Positions 10,021 through 20,032 of a DNA stretch of 64,000 bases are shown here, piece after piece; position 1 is the first letter of the stretch; each line of letters begins with the position of its first letter. Source of the stretch: a bacterium. Lineage in GTDB: Bacteria > UBA8248. Where the stretch lies: assembly GCA_965213625.1 (NCBI GenBank), contig CBDBZU010000004.1, positions 256,001 through 320,000 of the forward strand, given 5' to 3'. Both the position numbers and the translations under genes were made by a program. The notes below the pieces were generated by a model. That model was not told the DNA's origin. It did not search any database and was given only the letters and a program-made list of their open reading frames with translations.

Positions 10021-10911
10021 CGGCTCGTTCTCGAAAATTCCTAGGGATTCCAGCGTCTTACGTGTGTGAACCTTGGCGTCATCGTCCAGGGGCAGAATGG
10101 GTTTTCGCGTCTCTCCCACGGGACGGCCAATTAGCTCCATCGCGTATTTCACCGTCGCCGGGTAGTTCGTCTGCAGCAAGTGCAAGAGCGTGTCCATCTT
10201 GTATTGCAGGGAGCGCGCCTTTTCGTAGTCACCGGAAATACATGCGTCGAACAGGGAGAGAACCATCCTCGGAGCGACCTCACCGCAATTGGAAAACGAC
10301 CCAGACCCGCCGACGGGAATCGACGTGAGAAGCCACTCGATGCCTGTGAACACGGAAAAATCCGCGCGGGCGCCGGATGCGATGCGGCAAGCGCCCGTAA
10401 AGTAGTTCATGTCGAAGCTGGCGTCTTTTAGAGCGTGGAGGTTCGGGAGTTTTTCCAGCATCTCTTCGAGCATCTCGTGGGAGATGGTTACCTGAAGCCT
10501 GGGGTTGTTGTAGGCGATCATCGCGATATCTGTGCTTCTTCCCAACGTCAGGAAATAATCCAGATGGGCCTCTTCCTCTGGCGCCCAATGATAGGGCGAG
10601 AGCACGACGATTCCCGTTGCGCCTATCGCCTCGGAGTGCTTCGCCAAATCAATGGAATTGTCCGGTCCCGAAGCGGTCACGTTCACGAACACGGGAACGC
10701 GGCCGGCGGCGGCTTCCACCAGGCGCTTCGCCAGTTCCTTACGCTCGTGATCACTCAGATTCAAGGACTCGCCGATATGCATGGGATGGGCGATGAAGGG
10801 AAATCCCTGTTCAATCAGGAAATTGATTTGCCTCTCGAAGGTGTCGTAATCGACGCCGCCATCGGGTTTAAACGCCGTCGTTGGCGCTCCCATGATGCCT
10901 CTGAGCTTCAT
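10009..10911 (-). CDS. Dihydrodipicolinate synthase/N-acetylneuraminate lyase family aldolase
   Basis: GE..LS..ER, GRVPV, YNNP, Schiff-base LKDAS; the usual GTTGE is replaced by MHIGE. Confidence 0.85.
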   Translation of the reverse strand: MKLRGIMGAPTTAFKPDGGVDYDTFERQINFLIEQGFPFIAHPMHIGESLNLSDHERKELAKRLVEAAAGRVPVFVNVTASGPDNSIDLAKHSEAIGATGIVVLSPYHWAPEEEAHLDYFLTLGRSTDIAMIAYNNPRLQVTISHEMLEEMLEKLPNLHALKDASFDMNYFTGACRIASGARADFSVFTGIEWLLTSIPVGGSGSFSNCGEVAPRMVLSLFDACISGDYEKARSLQYKMDTLLHLLQTNYPATVKYAMELIGRPVGETRKPILPLDDDAKVHTRKTLESLGIFENEPSGW

Positions 10912-10989
10912 TCGGCCTCCCTCCCATCGAGTGCTGGATACCGAAATTCATGCGCTCCTTGCGACTGTTTCAAAGCTTCTTGTTTTCAC

Positions 10990-12750
10990 TTACACCGAGA
11001 GCTCTTCCATGCTTCCGAGCTTTCTGAAGACAATCGTTCCCAGTAGGAGGAGCGCGGTCTGAACCAGCGCGAATGCCGCCACGACGCCCAATGCCTCGTT
11101 CTCCTGCAGGATGTATAGCGCCACCGCCATGGGGGCGCTGTCTTCCGTCGCCAGAAGCACGGACACCGGCAATTCCCTGATGAACATGATGAACAGCATC
11201 AGATAAGCGGCAAAGATTCCCGGCCTCAAGAGCGGCACCGTGATCTTCTTAATCGTCGCAACGAACGAGGAACCGCAGATTCTGGCGCTCTCCTCGAGTT
11301 CGGAACTCAACGATTGAAGCACCGAAGATATTGTCCTGAGGCCATAGGGCAGATAGCGCGTCATATACGCCATCATGAGCAAGAGCATGGGGAATCCATA
11401 GAGCGGCGTTTTAATCCACGTGATGAGAAAAGCCATTCCCATGATGAGGCCCGGTACGCCGATGGGCAGGGTGCTCAGGTAATCGACGGCGCCGCTGAGC
11501 CTCTTGTTCCTGCCCCTGAGAATCACCATGGCGAGGAACGTACAAAGAACCACCGTGATGAATCCGCCCACAAGTCCGAGGATGAGACTGTTTTTTGTCG
11601 CTTGAACGGCGTATTCGTATTCAAACAAGACATACGCCCAGTTGTAGATGGAAAGCTGGCTCCAGCGGAAACCGCCCAGCCAGGCGCGATTGAACGACGC
11701 CAGCAGGAGCGCTCCCAGCGGGAGGACGACCGCGAGAAGAACGTAGAAACAATTGATGGCGAGCGCGACGTATTTCCAGGGTCCCAAAGATACGCGGCTG
11801 GGGCGGTAGCCTTTCCCCGTCACGGTCACGTAACTTCTCGGCGCGATGATCTTTCGCTGGATGTAAAGGCCCAAGGCGGTGAACACCATCAAAACGCTTC
11901 CCAGTGCGGCCGCCCCGCCGATGTCCAGCGGATATTCCTCCATCTTCGTGTAGATGATCGTCGAGAGCGTCGAAATTCTCGCTATCGGACCCAACAAGCT
12001 CGGCACGCCGAATACACCCATGCTCACCACGAAAATAATCACCGCTCCGGAGAGCATGGCGGGCGTGGAGAGTGGAATCGTCACCCTCAGGGCCGTGCGC
12101 AAAACGCCGGTCCCACATACACGCGCGGATTCCTCGAGGGCGGGGTCCATCCGGTTCAGCGACCCAATCGTAAAAAGATACATATAAGGCGTATAAAAGA
12201 GCGCCATCACCATGACGATCCCGGTCATCGAATAGATGTTGAACGGCGGAGCCGACAACCCGAATAAATCGATCATCCAGCGGTTCAATATGCCCGTCCT
12301 CGGGGCGGCCAACGCCCACCACGCGACGGCGCCTAGAAACGAAGACAGAAAGAAGGGAATCAGGGTCAACGCCTCCAGAGGTCTACGGAACGGCATATCA
12401 GTGCGCGCATGGAACCAGGCGAGCGAAACGCCCGTCAGACATGAAAAAATGGACGTTCCCAGCGCAATGATCAATGTATTCAGCGTAGCGTCGAACACTT
12501 CGGAGGTGGAAAAAGTATTCGTGAAGTTCGTGAACGTGAAGATGGAATCCCCGGCTTCGGGGTGGGTCACGAATGCGCTGTACAGGAACACCGATACAGG
12601 CAAAATGGCGAGAATGGTTAGCAGACCCAGCGAACCGAGTTTCAGCGTATTTTCAGAGTTGAAAAAACGTCCCCCGGGAGTGGCGGCCGAAGCGACGGGG
12701 CTCGCCCCGTCGCCTCTGGCCTCCAAATCCGATTTCGATACGCTGCTCAA
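10990..12750 (-). CDS. ABC transporter permease (FbpB/AfuB-type, duplicated)
   Basis: Two EAA-type motifs (LEESARVCG, LEESARICG), VTVTGKGYRP linker. Confidence 0.9.
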   Translation of the reverse strand: MSSVSKSDLEARGDGASPVASAATPGGRFFNSENTLKLGSLGLLTILAILPVSVFLYSAFVTHPEAGDSIFTFTNFTNTFSTSEVFDATLNTLIIALGTSIFSCLTGVSLAWFHARTDMPFRRPLEALTLIPFFLSSFLGAVAWWALAAPRTGILNRWMIDLFGLSAPPFNIYSMTGIVMVMALFYTPYMYLFTIGSLNRMDPALEESARVCGTGVLRTALRVTIPLSTPAMLSGAVIIFVVSMGVFGVPSLLGPIARISTLSTIIYTKMEEYPLDIGGAAALGSVLMVFTALGLYIQRKIIAPRSYVTVTGKGYRPSRVSLGPWKYVALAINCFYVLLAVVLPLGALLLASFNRAWLGGFRWSQLSIYNWAYVLFEYEYAVQATKNSLILGLVGGFITVVLCTFLAMVILRGRNKRLSGAVDYLSTLPIGVPGLIMGMAFLITWIKTPLYGFPMLLLMMAYMTRYLPYGLRTISSVLQSLSSELEESARICGSSFVATIKKITVPLLRPGIFAAYLMLFIMFIRELPVSVLLATEDSAPMAVALYILQENEALGVVAAFALVQTALLLLGTIVFRKLGSMEELSV

Positions 12751-12777
12751 TGCAAGACCCTCAAGTATTTCAAATCG

Positions 12778-13920
12778 TTATTTCTTCGTCCCCGATCCGA
12801 AAACCTCAATGAATTCCGCCTTCCATTTCTTCACGTCCGCCGGCGTGACTTTGCTCCAGTCGGTCGGGATGACGTTGATTTTGTCGATGGGAGGCGCAAT
12901 GCCGTCTTTCGCCAGGATGAGCTTGTTGATTTTCTCATCCTTGTGCGGCGGAAGCGGCCTGCCGGAATTCAGCGGGTTGTAATTGAGGAGCATGTGATGC
13001 CCCCTCACGCTCCGCCAGTAATCGACGAAAAGTTTCGCCATGTTGGGGTTTTTCGCCTTCGCCATGATCACGGAACCGATGGGAAGCGCCACTACACCTT
13101 CTTTAGGATAGATGGGGTCCATTTTTACGCCGGCTTTTTTGGCAATCCAGTTATGCCTGGCCATAATCGTCGTTCCGAGCCAGTACTCTCCCGCCATGAG
13201 GGAGCGCCTCTGCGCCGACCCTCTCGCCATCACGCCCGCGCCCGCAGCGCTTAACTTCTGGAAGTAGCTCTTCGGCAGCCGCTCACGAAGCCCCTTGTAC
13301 CAAAGGGTATACGTCTCTGAGGGCCTCGCATCACCGACCAGCACCTTGCCCTTGAACTCAGGCTTCAGCAAATCGTACCAGCTCGTCAGCTTGACGTTGC
13401 CCGCCAAATCCCGGTTGACCGCCATGGTGTTGATTTGCGCATCGGAAACCCAATACCCGTCGCCGTTCATGTTCGCCTTTTCCGCCAGGCTGTAATGCTT
13501 GTCTTCCGGCGAGACGTATTTCATCAGATTCCCGCGACGCTTCATCGAGTGCAGCCAGGAGGCTGCGGCAAGCACGACCACGTCGACGGACAGCTTGTTC
13601 GCCTTGATCTCCTGCTCGAAACGCTTGATGAGCGTACCCGAGCGCCTGTTGGCGAAACGGAATTTCACCTTCGGCAGCCCATATAGCTTCTTGAAGGCCT
13701 TCTCCATCTCTTTGGCCGCCTTCACGGGAGCAAGGTTCGTGGCCCAGGAGAAATTACCTTCTTTTCTGGCGCCTTCAATCAATTTCGCGACGCGGGCTTT
13801 TTCCGCGCCTTTCAACTCTTTCAGGATAGGCGCTTCCGCAGCGCGGGCGGTCCCGCCCAGCGTGAACGTAGCCGCCAGCAATACCGCCATTCCTACCGAG
13901 CAACTCAACCTTTTTTTCAT
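12778..13920 (-). CDS. ABC transporter substrate-binding protein (Fe3+/thiamine/AfuA-like class)
   Basis: Signal peptide MKKRLS...ARA, LIEGARKEG, SWYDLLKPEFKGK, AKNPNMAKLFVD. Start moved to ATG 13920. Confidence 0.85.
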   Translation of the reverse strand: MKKRLSCSVGMAVLLAATFTLGGTARAAEAPILKELKGAEKARVAKLIEGARKEGNFSWATNLAPVKAAKEMEKAFKKLYGLPKVKFRFANRRSGTLIKRFEQEIKANKLSVDVVVLAAASWLHSMKRRGNLMKYVSPEDKHYSLAEKANMNGDGYWVSDAQINTMAVNRDLAGNVKLTSWYDLLKPEFKGKVLVGDARPSETYTLWYKGLRERLPKSYFQKLSAAGAGVMARGSAQRRSLMAGEYWLGTTIMARHNWIAKKAGVKMDPIYPKEGVVALPIGSVIMAKAKNPNMAKLFVDYWRSVRGHHMLLNYNPLNSGRPLPPHKDEKINKLILAKDGIAPPIDKINVIPTDWSKVTPADVKKWKAEFIEVFGSGTKK

Positions 13921-13992
13921 CGAATCTTCTCCCAGAGAAAAGTAAAGAAAATGCCGGTTCCGCGCAGGTGGGCCGTTCAACTCACCCGCCAC

Positions 13993-15087
13993 TCAATCGC
14001 TCAACACCACGCATCTTGAAGGGGAAATGTTCATGGTGACGGGTTGGCCAGTCCGTATATCCGCGTCTCCACGAACATGAACCCTCAATTCAAAATTCCC
14101 TGATTGAATCAGACAATCCCAGGATTGTCCCAGATAAACCGCGTCACTCACCTGGCCTCTAAAAACGTTTTCATCGTTCGACCCTTCTTCTCCAAGTTCG
14201 ATGTATTCGGGCCGCACGGTGACCAGCAAATCAGAACCGGCTGGAATATCGCGGTCGATTCCCTTCGCACAAAGAATTCTCGTCTCAAGGGACGGGACTT
14301 CCACCCAAAGGCCTTTTCCGCTTTCTATTTCACCGGCCTTGCCCTCGAGAATGTTCGTCACGCCGATGAAATCGGCGACGAAACTGTTGGACGGCTCGTT
14401 GTATGTCGAATGCGGGTCGCCTTCCTGCTGTATCCTACCGTCCTTCATAACGATGATCCGATCGCTCATGACCATGGCCTCGGCCTGATCGTGAGTCACG
14501 TAAATAGCTGTCAATTTGAGTTCTTTTATCAGGCTCGCCAGCTCGACCCGCATGCGCTCACGCAACTTCGCATCGAGGTTGCTGAGTGGCTCATCGAAAA
14601 GAAGAACGCGGGGGTTGTATGCCAATGCGCGGGCGAGGGACACCCGTTGCTGTTGGCCGCCGGAGAGTTTGGTGGCGTTTCTCTCTCCCAGACCGCTCAG
14701 GCCGACGAGTTCGAGCGCATTGGCGACTTTTTCGTTGACTTCTGCGCGACTCGCTCCCTGGGCCTGAATGCCGTAAGCCACGTTCTCGGAAACCGACATG
14801 TGGGGCCATATGGCGTAAGACTGAAACACCATGCCGAGCCGTCGTTTCTCTGGGGGCAGGCAAACCCCGTTGCGGCTCGAAGTGAATACCTCGTCCGCAA
14901 TAAGGATATCTCCCTCATCGGGAGTCTCCAGCCCTGCGATGCAGCGAAGTGTCGTCGTTTTTCCGCAACCGCTTGGACCCAGCAGGGTAACGAATTCACC
15001 TTCGCCCACAGTGAAACTGACGTTGTCTACCGCCAGGGTTTCCGTACCGAAGCGTTTGACCAAGTCCTTTACGACTACTTCCGCCAT
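13993..15087 (-). CDS. ABC transporter ATP-binding protein with TOBE domain
   Basis: GPSGCGKT, LSGGQQQR, LLFDEPLSNLD, YVTHDQ. Confidence 0.95.
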   Translation of the reverse strand: MAEVVVKDLVKRFGTETLAVDNVSFTVGEGEFVTLLGPSGCGKTTTLRCIAGLETPDEGDILIADEVFTSSRNGVCLPPEKRRLGMVFQSYAIWPHMSVSENVAYGIQAQGASRAEVNEKVANALELVGLSGLGERNATKLSGGQQQRVSLARALAYNPRVLLFDEPLSNLDAKLRERMRVELASLIKELKLTAIYVTHDQAEAMVMSDRIIVMKDGRIQQEGDPHSTYNEPSNSFVADFIGVTNILEGKAGEIESGKGLWVEVPSLETRILCAKGIDRDIPAGSDLLVTVRPEYIELGEEGSNDENVFRGQVSDAVYLGQSWDCLIQSGNFELRVHVRGDADIRTGQPVTMNISPSRCVVLSD

Positions 15088-15176
15088 GCAGAGGTCCTAT
15101 TCATGAATGCGATGTATATATTGGTGATGTGCTTATCCTATTCCATATCAATCAATAATGTAAGCAGTGCGAGGTA

Positions 15177-16826
15177 TTATTTCCCGGAATGACCGATTGC
15201 CGCATCCACCCGCTCGTTTTCATGCGGCATCAGATGAAATCCCTCGTATCCCGCCGCCACGATTTCCGCGCATTTTTTCGAATACACATCGAATCCGGCG
15301 ATGTAGGGCATGAACACCCGCGGCTTGCCCGGTATGTTCGCCCCCAGATACCAGGAGGTGCACTTGTAACGAATCGTCTTGGCGGTCTCCTCGTTGTTGT
15401 GCGCCACCCATGCGTCCTCCGCCTCAACCGAGGCCTCGATGGATTTCATCCCCTTTTCGCGCAAATACACGAGGCACGCGCCTATCCACTCGACGTGATG
15501 GTCGATGGAAGTCTGCATGTTCGTCAGAACCGAAGGGCTTCCGGGTCCCGTGATGGTGAACATATTCGGGAACCCCGCCGTCATAAGGCCGAGATATGTG
15601 CGGGGACCTTCTTTCCATTTGTCCTGCAATGTCCGCCCGCCGCGCCCTCTGATGTCGATTCTGAGCAGTGTGCCCGTCATGGCGTCAAAGCCCGTGGCCA
15701 GGATGAGCGTGTCGATGTCATACACCCGTCCCCCCGTCATCACTCCTTCGGGTGTTATCCTCTCGATGGGCGATTCGCTCACGTCGATCAGGTGCACGTT
15801 CGGACGGTTATAGGTCTCGAAATACTCCGTAATCACGCAAAGACGCTTGCAGCCGATGACCGTCGTGGGGCAAAGCAATTCCGCTGTTTCGGGGTCCTTC
15901 ACGATTTCCCGAATCTTGTTGCGGACGAATTCGCCCGCCGTCTGGTTCGCCTCCTCGCTGTAGCGCAAGTCCGTGAAGGCGGAGAGGAAGGGCAGCCCAC
16001 CGTGCGCCCAGCGTTTCTCGAATTCGCGCTCGCGCTCTTCTTCGCTGACCTTCATAGCCTCCTTCACGCCAAAGGTCTGGTCGAATCCGGTGGCCGATCG
16101 CTTGGCTCTCGCCCGGATTTGCGCGTAATTCGCCTTCACCTCGCGCACCCGCTCCTCTTTGATGGGGCCGTTGTTCGCGGGCACGGCGTAGTGCGCCGTC
16201 CTCTGGAAGACGAACACTTCATCCGCTTCGCGCGCGATGATGGGGGTGGACTGCATGGCGGATGATCCCGTGCCGATGACGCCCACGCGTTTGCCTGAGA
16301 AATCCACCTTCTCATGCGGCCACAAACCCGTGTGGTAAACGGGGCCGTCAAAATCGTCCAGGCCCTCGAAGGCGGGGATATTGGGCGAGGAGAGGCACCC
16401 GGTGGCCATCACGCAGAAGGTTGCCGATATACGCTCGCCGCCGTCTGTCTCGACGTTCCAGTGGCTCGCCTCCTCATCGAACACGGCCGAGACGATTCGC
16501 GTGTTGAATACGACATCCCTCCGCAAATCGAAGCGTTCGGCCACGTGCTCGACATAGCGCAGAATCTCGGGCTGGCTCGCGTAGCGCTCGCTCCATTCCC
16601 ATTCCTGCTGGAGTTCATCGGAGAACTGGTAGGAATACTGGACGCTCTCCGTGTCGCATCGCGCGCCCGGGTAGCGGTTCCAGTACCAGGTGCCGCCCAC
16701 GTCGCCGCCCGCTTCGTACACCCGCGCCCTGAAGCCGCGTGAGCGCAGCCGGTAGAGCATGAAAAGCCCGGCGACGCCTGCGCCGACGATGAGGGCGTCC
16801 AGATCCGTCTTCCTCTCGCCTTTCAA
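15177..16826 (-). CDS. Type I Baeyer-Villiger monooxygenase (cyclohexanone/phenylacetone monooxygenase-like)
   Basis: GAGVAG, GGTWYWNRYPGARCD, fingerprint FDGPVYHTGLWP, GTGSS, ATGFDA, SWYLGANIPGKPR. Confidence 0.95.
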   Translation of the reverse strand: MKGERKTDLDALIVGAGVAGLFMLYRLRSRGFRARVYEAGGDVGGTWYWNRYPGARCDTESVQYSYQFSDELQQEWEWSERYASQPEILRYVEHVAERFDLRRDVVFNTRIVSAVFDEEASHWNVETDGGERISATFCVMATGCLSSPNIPAFEGLDDFDGPVYHTGLWPHEKVDFSGKRVGVIGTGSSAMQSTPIIAREADEVFVFQRTAHYAVPANNGPIKEERVREVKANYAQIRARAKRSATGFDQTFGVKEAMKVSEEEREREFEKRWAHGGLPFLSAFTDLRYSEEANQTAGEFVRNKIREIVKDPETAELLCPTTVIGCKRLCVITEYFETYNRPNVHLIDVSESPIERITPEGVMTGGRVYDIDTLILATGFDAMTGTLLRIDIRGRGGRTLQDKWKEGPRTYLGLMTAGFPNMFTITGPGSPSVLTNMQTSIDHHVEWIGACLVYLREKGMKSIEASVEAEDAWVAHNNEETAKTIRYKCTSWYLGANIPGKPRVFMPYIAGFDVYSKKCAEIVAAGYEGFHLMPHENERVDAAIGHSGK

Positions 16827-16878
16827 CCCAAAACCCCTTATCCGGTTATTATTCAGACACTTAGGCCATCAGATATTT

Positions 16879-16922
16879 TCGGTTATTTATCGGAAAACAT
16901 CGTGAATTTATCTAATTTTATC
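16879..16922. promoter_or_regulatory. AT-rich 44-bp motif with a second copy at 60680-60723 (putative protein-binding site)
   Basis: 33/44 ungapped identity between the copies; TTTAYC units spaced at multiples of 11 bp. Confidence 0.45.
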
Positions 16923-17441
16923 TAATTTTTCAGAAATTCGGAACCGGGGACGGTGGATTCGTTCAGAAATCCGCTCCGGGTAGGCGAGAGAGCGGCCCGA
17001 AGGCTTGTGCGGCGGATGCGCCGTGCATATCGCTCCATCGACTTGCCGCTCTCGTTCGGCCGGCGAAACCGGGGGCGGGGGGTTCTCGCCGAAATCCACT
17101 CGAGGATGATAGGAGAACGCGCGCAAGTCTCATAGCGGCAATTGCGGGCAACTGCGCACGAGGAACCGGACCGCCGGAATTGCGGGCAACCGCGCAGCGC
17201 GAAGCGGTCGGTCGGCTTATGGCTTCTGTCGGCCAGGCGAAACCGGCGCAAGCGGCAAATGCGCGCGAGCGAACCGGTGCGACGCAGGAACATTTTTCGC
17301 GCAATTCCCCCTCATTTTTCCCGGAACGCCGTTGCCAAAACCGCGCCTCGCCCATAGTATTCCCGCATCGACCGAAACCGATAACCACGCGCTCCTCAGG
17401 ACGGGGGCGAGCCGACACGATACTTCACGAAAGGATGCGTC

Positions 17442-19754
17442 ATGGAGGATAAGAGCGGGGCGTTCCGCCTGGAAGAAGCGAGCATCGAGGATCTGCACGC
17501 GGCGATTCGCGCCGGACGCACGACTTGCGTCCAAGTCGTCGAGCACTATCTCGAACGCGTTCGCGTATTTAACGGCGTCTCCAGCATGCTCGTCACCGAA
17601 GACGGCGCGCCCATACCCGAAGCCAGGGGCGTGGTTCGCGGCGGCTCGCCGCTCGAGTTCCCGACCGGGACGGTGAAGGCGGACGACTACCTCCCCGATC
17701 TCGACAGATACAAGGGACCGCCGCTCGAGTTCGGCCGCATGGAGGCCACCGCGTCCGACCCCGACGTCCAGCAGCAGTACGGCATGATCGTCAGTATCCC
17801 GAACGCGGGCCAGGTGAACGCCCTCGCCACCCTGAACATCCGCGGCGAGCGCTCCGTTACTTGCAAGGGCGATTTCGACAGGCATCCCGCGGAAGGCCCG
17901 CTGCCGCCGGGCGCGCCGCCCATGTGCGAGGTCTTTCGCCACTACCCCGATGCGCTCGAGCGCGCGGCGGAGCTCGACGCCGAATATGGCGCAAACCCCG
18001 ACCTCGAAAAAATGCCCATGTACGGCGTGACGTTCTCCTTCAAGGACCCCTTCGACACCAAAGACATGCGCTCCACCGGCGGGGGCGACGCGGCCTATGA
18101 CATCGATTTTCCGGCGCGCGACCACATTCTCGTCAAGCAGCTCAGGAACAAGGGCGCCATCATCTTCGCCAAGGCCGTCAGCACCGAATACAACGGACGC
18201 GCGGGCGACCCGGGCGGGCGGCACGAACCCGAGAAGGTGCTGCCCTCCGTCCTGGGCTATCAGCGAAGCACGTGGGGCGGAAACCCCTCGAACCCCTACG
18301 ACACAACGCGGGCGGCCTCTCTGGGTTCGAGTTCCGGCTCCGCCCTCTCGGTGAGCACCAACATGGTGATGGCGAGCCTGGGCGAGGAGACGAGGGCCTC
18401 CTGCCGGGGGCCTTCGAACCACAACGCCGTCGCGCTCATCCTCCCGCACAAGGCCATGCTCGGCTTCGACGGCGGCGCCATCGGGGCGGACATCTATTGC
18501 GACAGGAGCGGCATCATCACGAAATCACTCGCTGACTGCGCAAAAGTCCTCGACTCTCTGAAGGACCCGGAGAACGGCTACTACGACCCGCGCGACCCGT
18601 TCACCACGGTGCCGCGCTCCTCCGTTCTGGATACGCCCTACGCGTCCCACATCAAATCGAGAGCGGAGGCCGGCGCCCTCGAGGGCGTACGGGTCGGGGT
18701 CATCCGCGAGTCGATGGTCTATCCGAGGGGTTCGAAATCGGAAGAGCCCATCGTCAACGCGGCGGCCAGGGAGATAAAAGAAGTCCTCGGCCAAAAGCTG
18801 GGAGCGAAACTTATTGAATCCACAGATCCGCTCTGGGCGGGCGACCCCGAGATCGAGACGATGAAGACGGATTTCCGCCGCGCGCTCGCCAGGCTCATCC
18901 CCGTCTTCATGCCCGACATCATGTTCAGGCTTACGCCCGAGGGCGAACCGCTCTTCAGAGAATTCGCAGAGGCCATCGTACCCACCGAGTTCGCACCGGG
19001 GGTCGTCTTCGGCTCCGGGACAATGCAGCCCATCGACTACATGCTCGACATGGGCGAAGGCAGAATCGAGCAGCCCGCAAACCTCGACCTCGCCACCGTG
19101 CAGCAGCAGGAACTCGCCATGACGTTCCGCTACCACATCCACCAGTACCTCTCGCGCCGGTCGGAGGACTGGAAGGAGCGCGGCTTCGCAGAGACTATCA
19201 CCGGCTTTCCGGAGCTGAACGCGCGCTCTAAATTCTGGGGCGACGATCACCGCGCCGCCTTCAGGAACTGGGAGGAAGTCGCGGACCCGCGCAATCCCCA
19301 CGGCAGCCGCCAGGGCGTGAACGAGCGCATCATGCTGCGCGAACTCCTGCGCCGCGTGGATATGATGGTGATCCTGGAGAACAAGCTCGACGCCCTCGTG
19401 CGCCTGCACACCCCGTTCCCGCCGGCCATCATCGGTGGCGCGGTACAGCCCGGCCTCCTGCTGAACTCCCGGCCCGAATCGCAAAGCGGACCGAACGCAG
19501 GCTTGACGGAAGTGCTCGTGCCGGCGGGCTACGTGCGCACGACGTATGACCCCGTTTTCGAACTGAGCGAGGACGGGACGCGGTTCATCTCCGCCCATAA
19601 CGATCAGGCCACCACCATCCCAGAACCCGGCCTGCCGTTCTCGCTCGTGTTCCGCGCCGAACCCGGCAAGGAAGACGTGCTGCTCCGGATCGCCTCGACG
19701 TATGAGGCTGCTTCAAAGCGCCGCATCCCACCGCCCGATTTCGGGCCGTTGTAG
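17442..19754 (+). CDS. Amidase signature family protein, large divergent form
   Basis: SFKDPFDT (Lys), LGSSSGS (cis-Ser), GEETRASCRGPS (Ser nucleophile), C-terminal LLRIASTYEAASKRRIPP. Confidence 0.85.
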   Translation: MEDKSGAFRLEEASIEDLHAAIRAGRTTCVQVVEHYLERVRVFNGVSSMLVTEDGAPIPEARGVVRGGSPLEFPTGTVKADDYLPDLDRYKGPPLEFGRMEATASDPDVQQQYGMIVSIPNAGQVNALATLNIRGERSVTCKGDFDRHPAEGPLPPGAPPMCEVFRHYPDALERAAELDAEYGANPDLEKMPMYGVTFSFKDPFDTKDMRSTGGGDAAYDIDFPARDHILVKQLRNKGAIIFAKAVSTEYNGRAGDPGGRHEPEKVLPSVLGYQRSTWGGNPSNPYDTTRAASLGSSSGSALSVSTNMVMASLGEETRASCRGPSNHNAVALILPHKAMLGFDGGAIGADIYCDRSGIITKSLADCAKVLDSLKDPENGYYDPRDPFTTVPRSSVLDTPYASHIKSRAEAGALEGVRVGVIRESMVYPRGSKSEEPIVNAAAREIKEVLGQKLGAKLIESTDPLWAGDPEIETMKTDFRRALARLIPVFMPDIMFRLTPEGEPLFREFAEAIVPTEFAPGVVFGSGTMQPIDYMLDMGEGRIEQPANLDLATVQQQELAMTFRYHIHQYLSRRSEDWKERGFAETITGFPELNARSKFWGDDHRAAFRNWEEVADPRNPHGSRQGVNERIMLRELLRRVDMMVILENKLDALVRLHTPFPPAIIGGAVQPGLLLNSRPESQSGPNAGLTEVLVPAGYVRTTYDPVFELSEDGTRFISAHNDQATTIPEPGLPFSLVFRAEPGKEDVLLRIASTYEAASKRRIPPPDFGPL

Positions 19755-19789
19755 GGGTAATCGCAGGCCAAGGTGTACTAGCAGGACTC

Positions 19790-20010
19790 CAATACAGGGG
19801 CAGTTCGTGAATTTTGCAAATGACGAAACGTTGTAAGGGCGGACCCATGTGTCCGCCCGGTTTCTAATTTAGCCGTCATTCCGGCGAAAGCCGGAATGGC
19901 GAACAAACCGCCACTTCTCATGCAAGAACTCTCGGGTCGCATAAATGCGACCCGCCTTTTTTGAAGAGGTGGTTCTCGATCTGTAGGGCTACCCCTCCCC
20001 GGTGTCGCTT
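19790..20010. repeat. Cluster of heterogeneous REP-type palindromes
   Basis: GTAAGGGCGGACCCATGTGTCCGCCC (19833-19858), GTCATTCCGGCGAAAGCCGGAAT (19875-19897), GGGTCGCATAAATGCGACCC (19934-19953), plus degenerate GTAGGG-led arms. Confidence 0.6.
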
Positions 20011-20032
20011 TACGCACCGCGCTACATCCCCG

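Noticed and set aside
16930-17400. Short repeats AATTGCGGGCAAC (x2) and TCGGCC(A)GGCGAAACCGG (x2) in the BVMO/amidase spacer
   Set aside because: Only two copies each, irregular spacing and GC-rich background; too weak to call an element.
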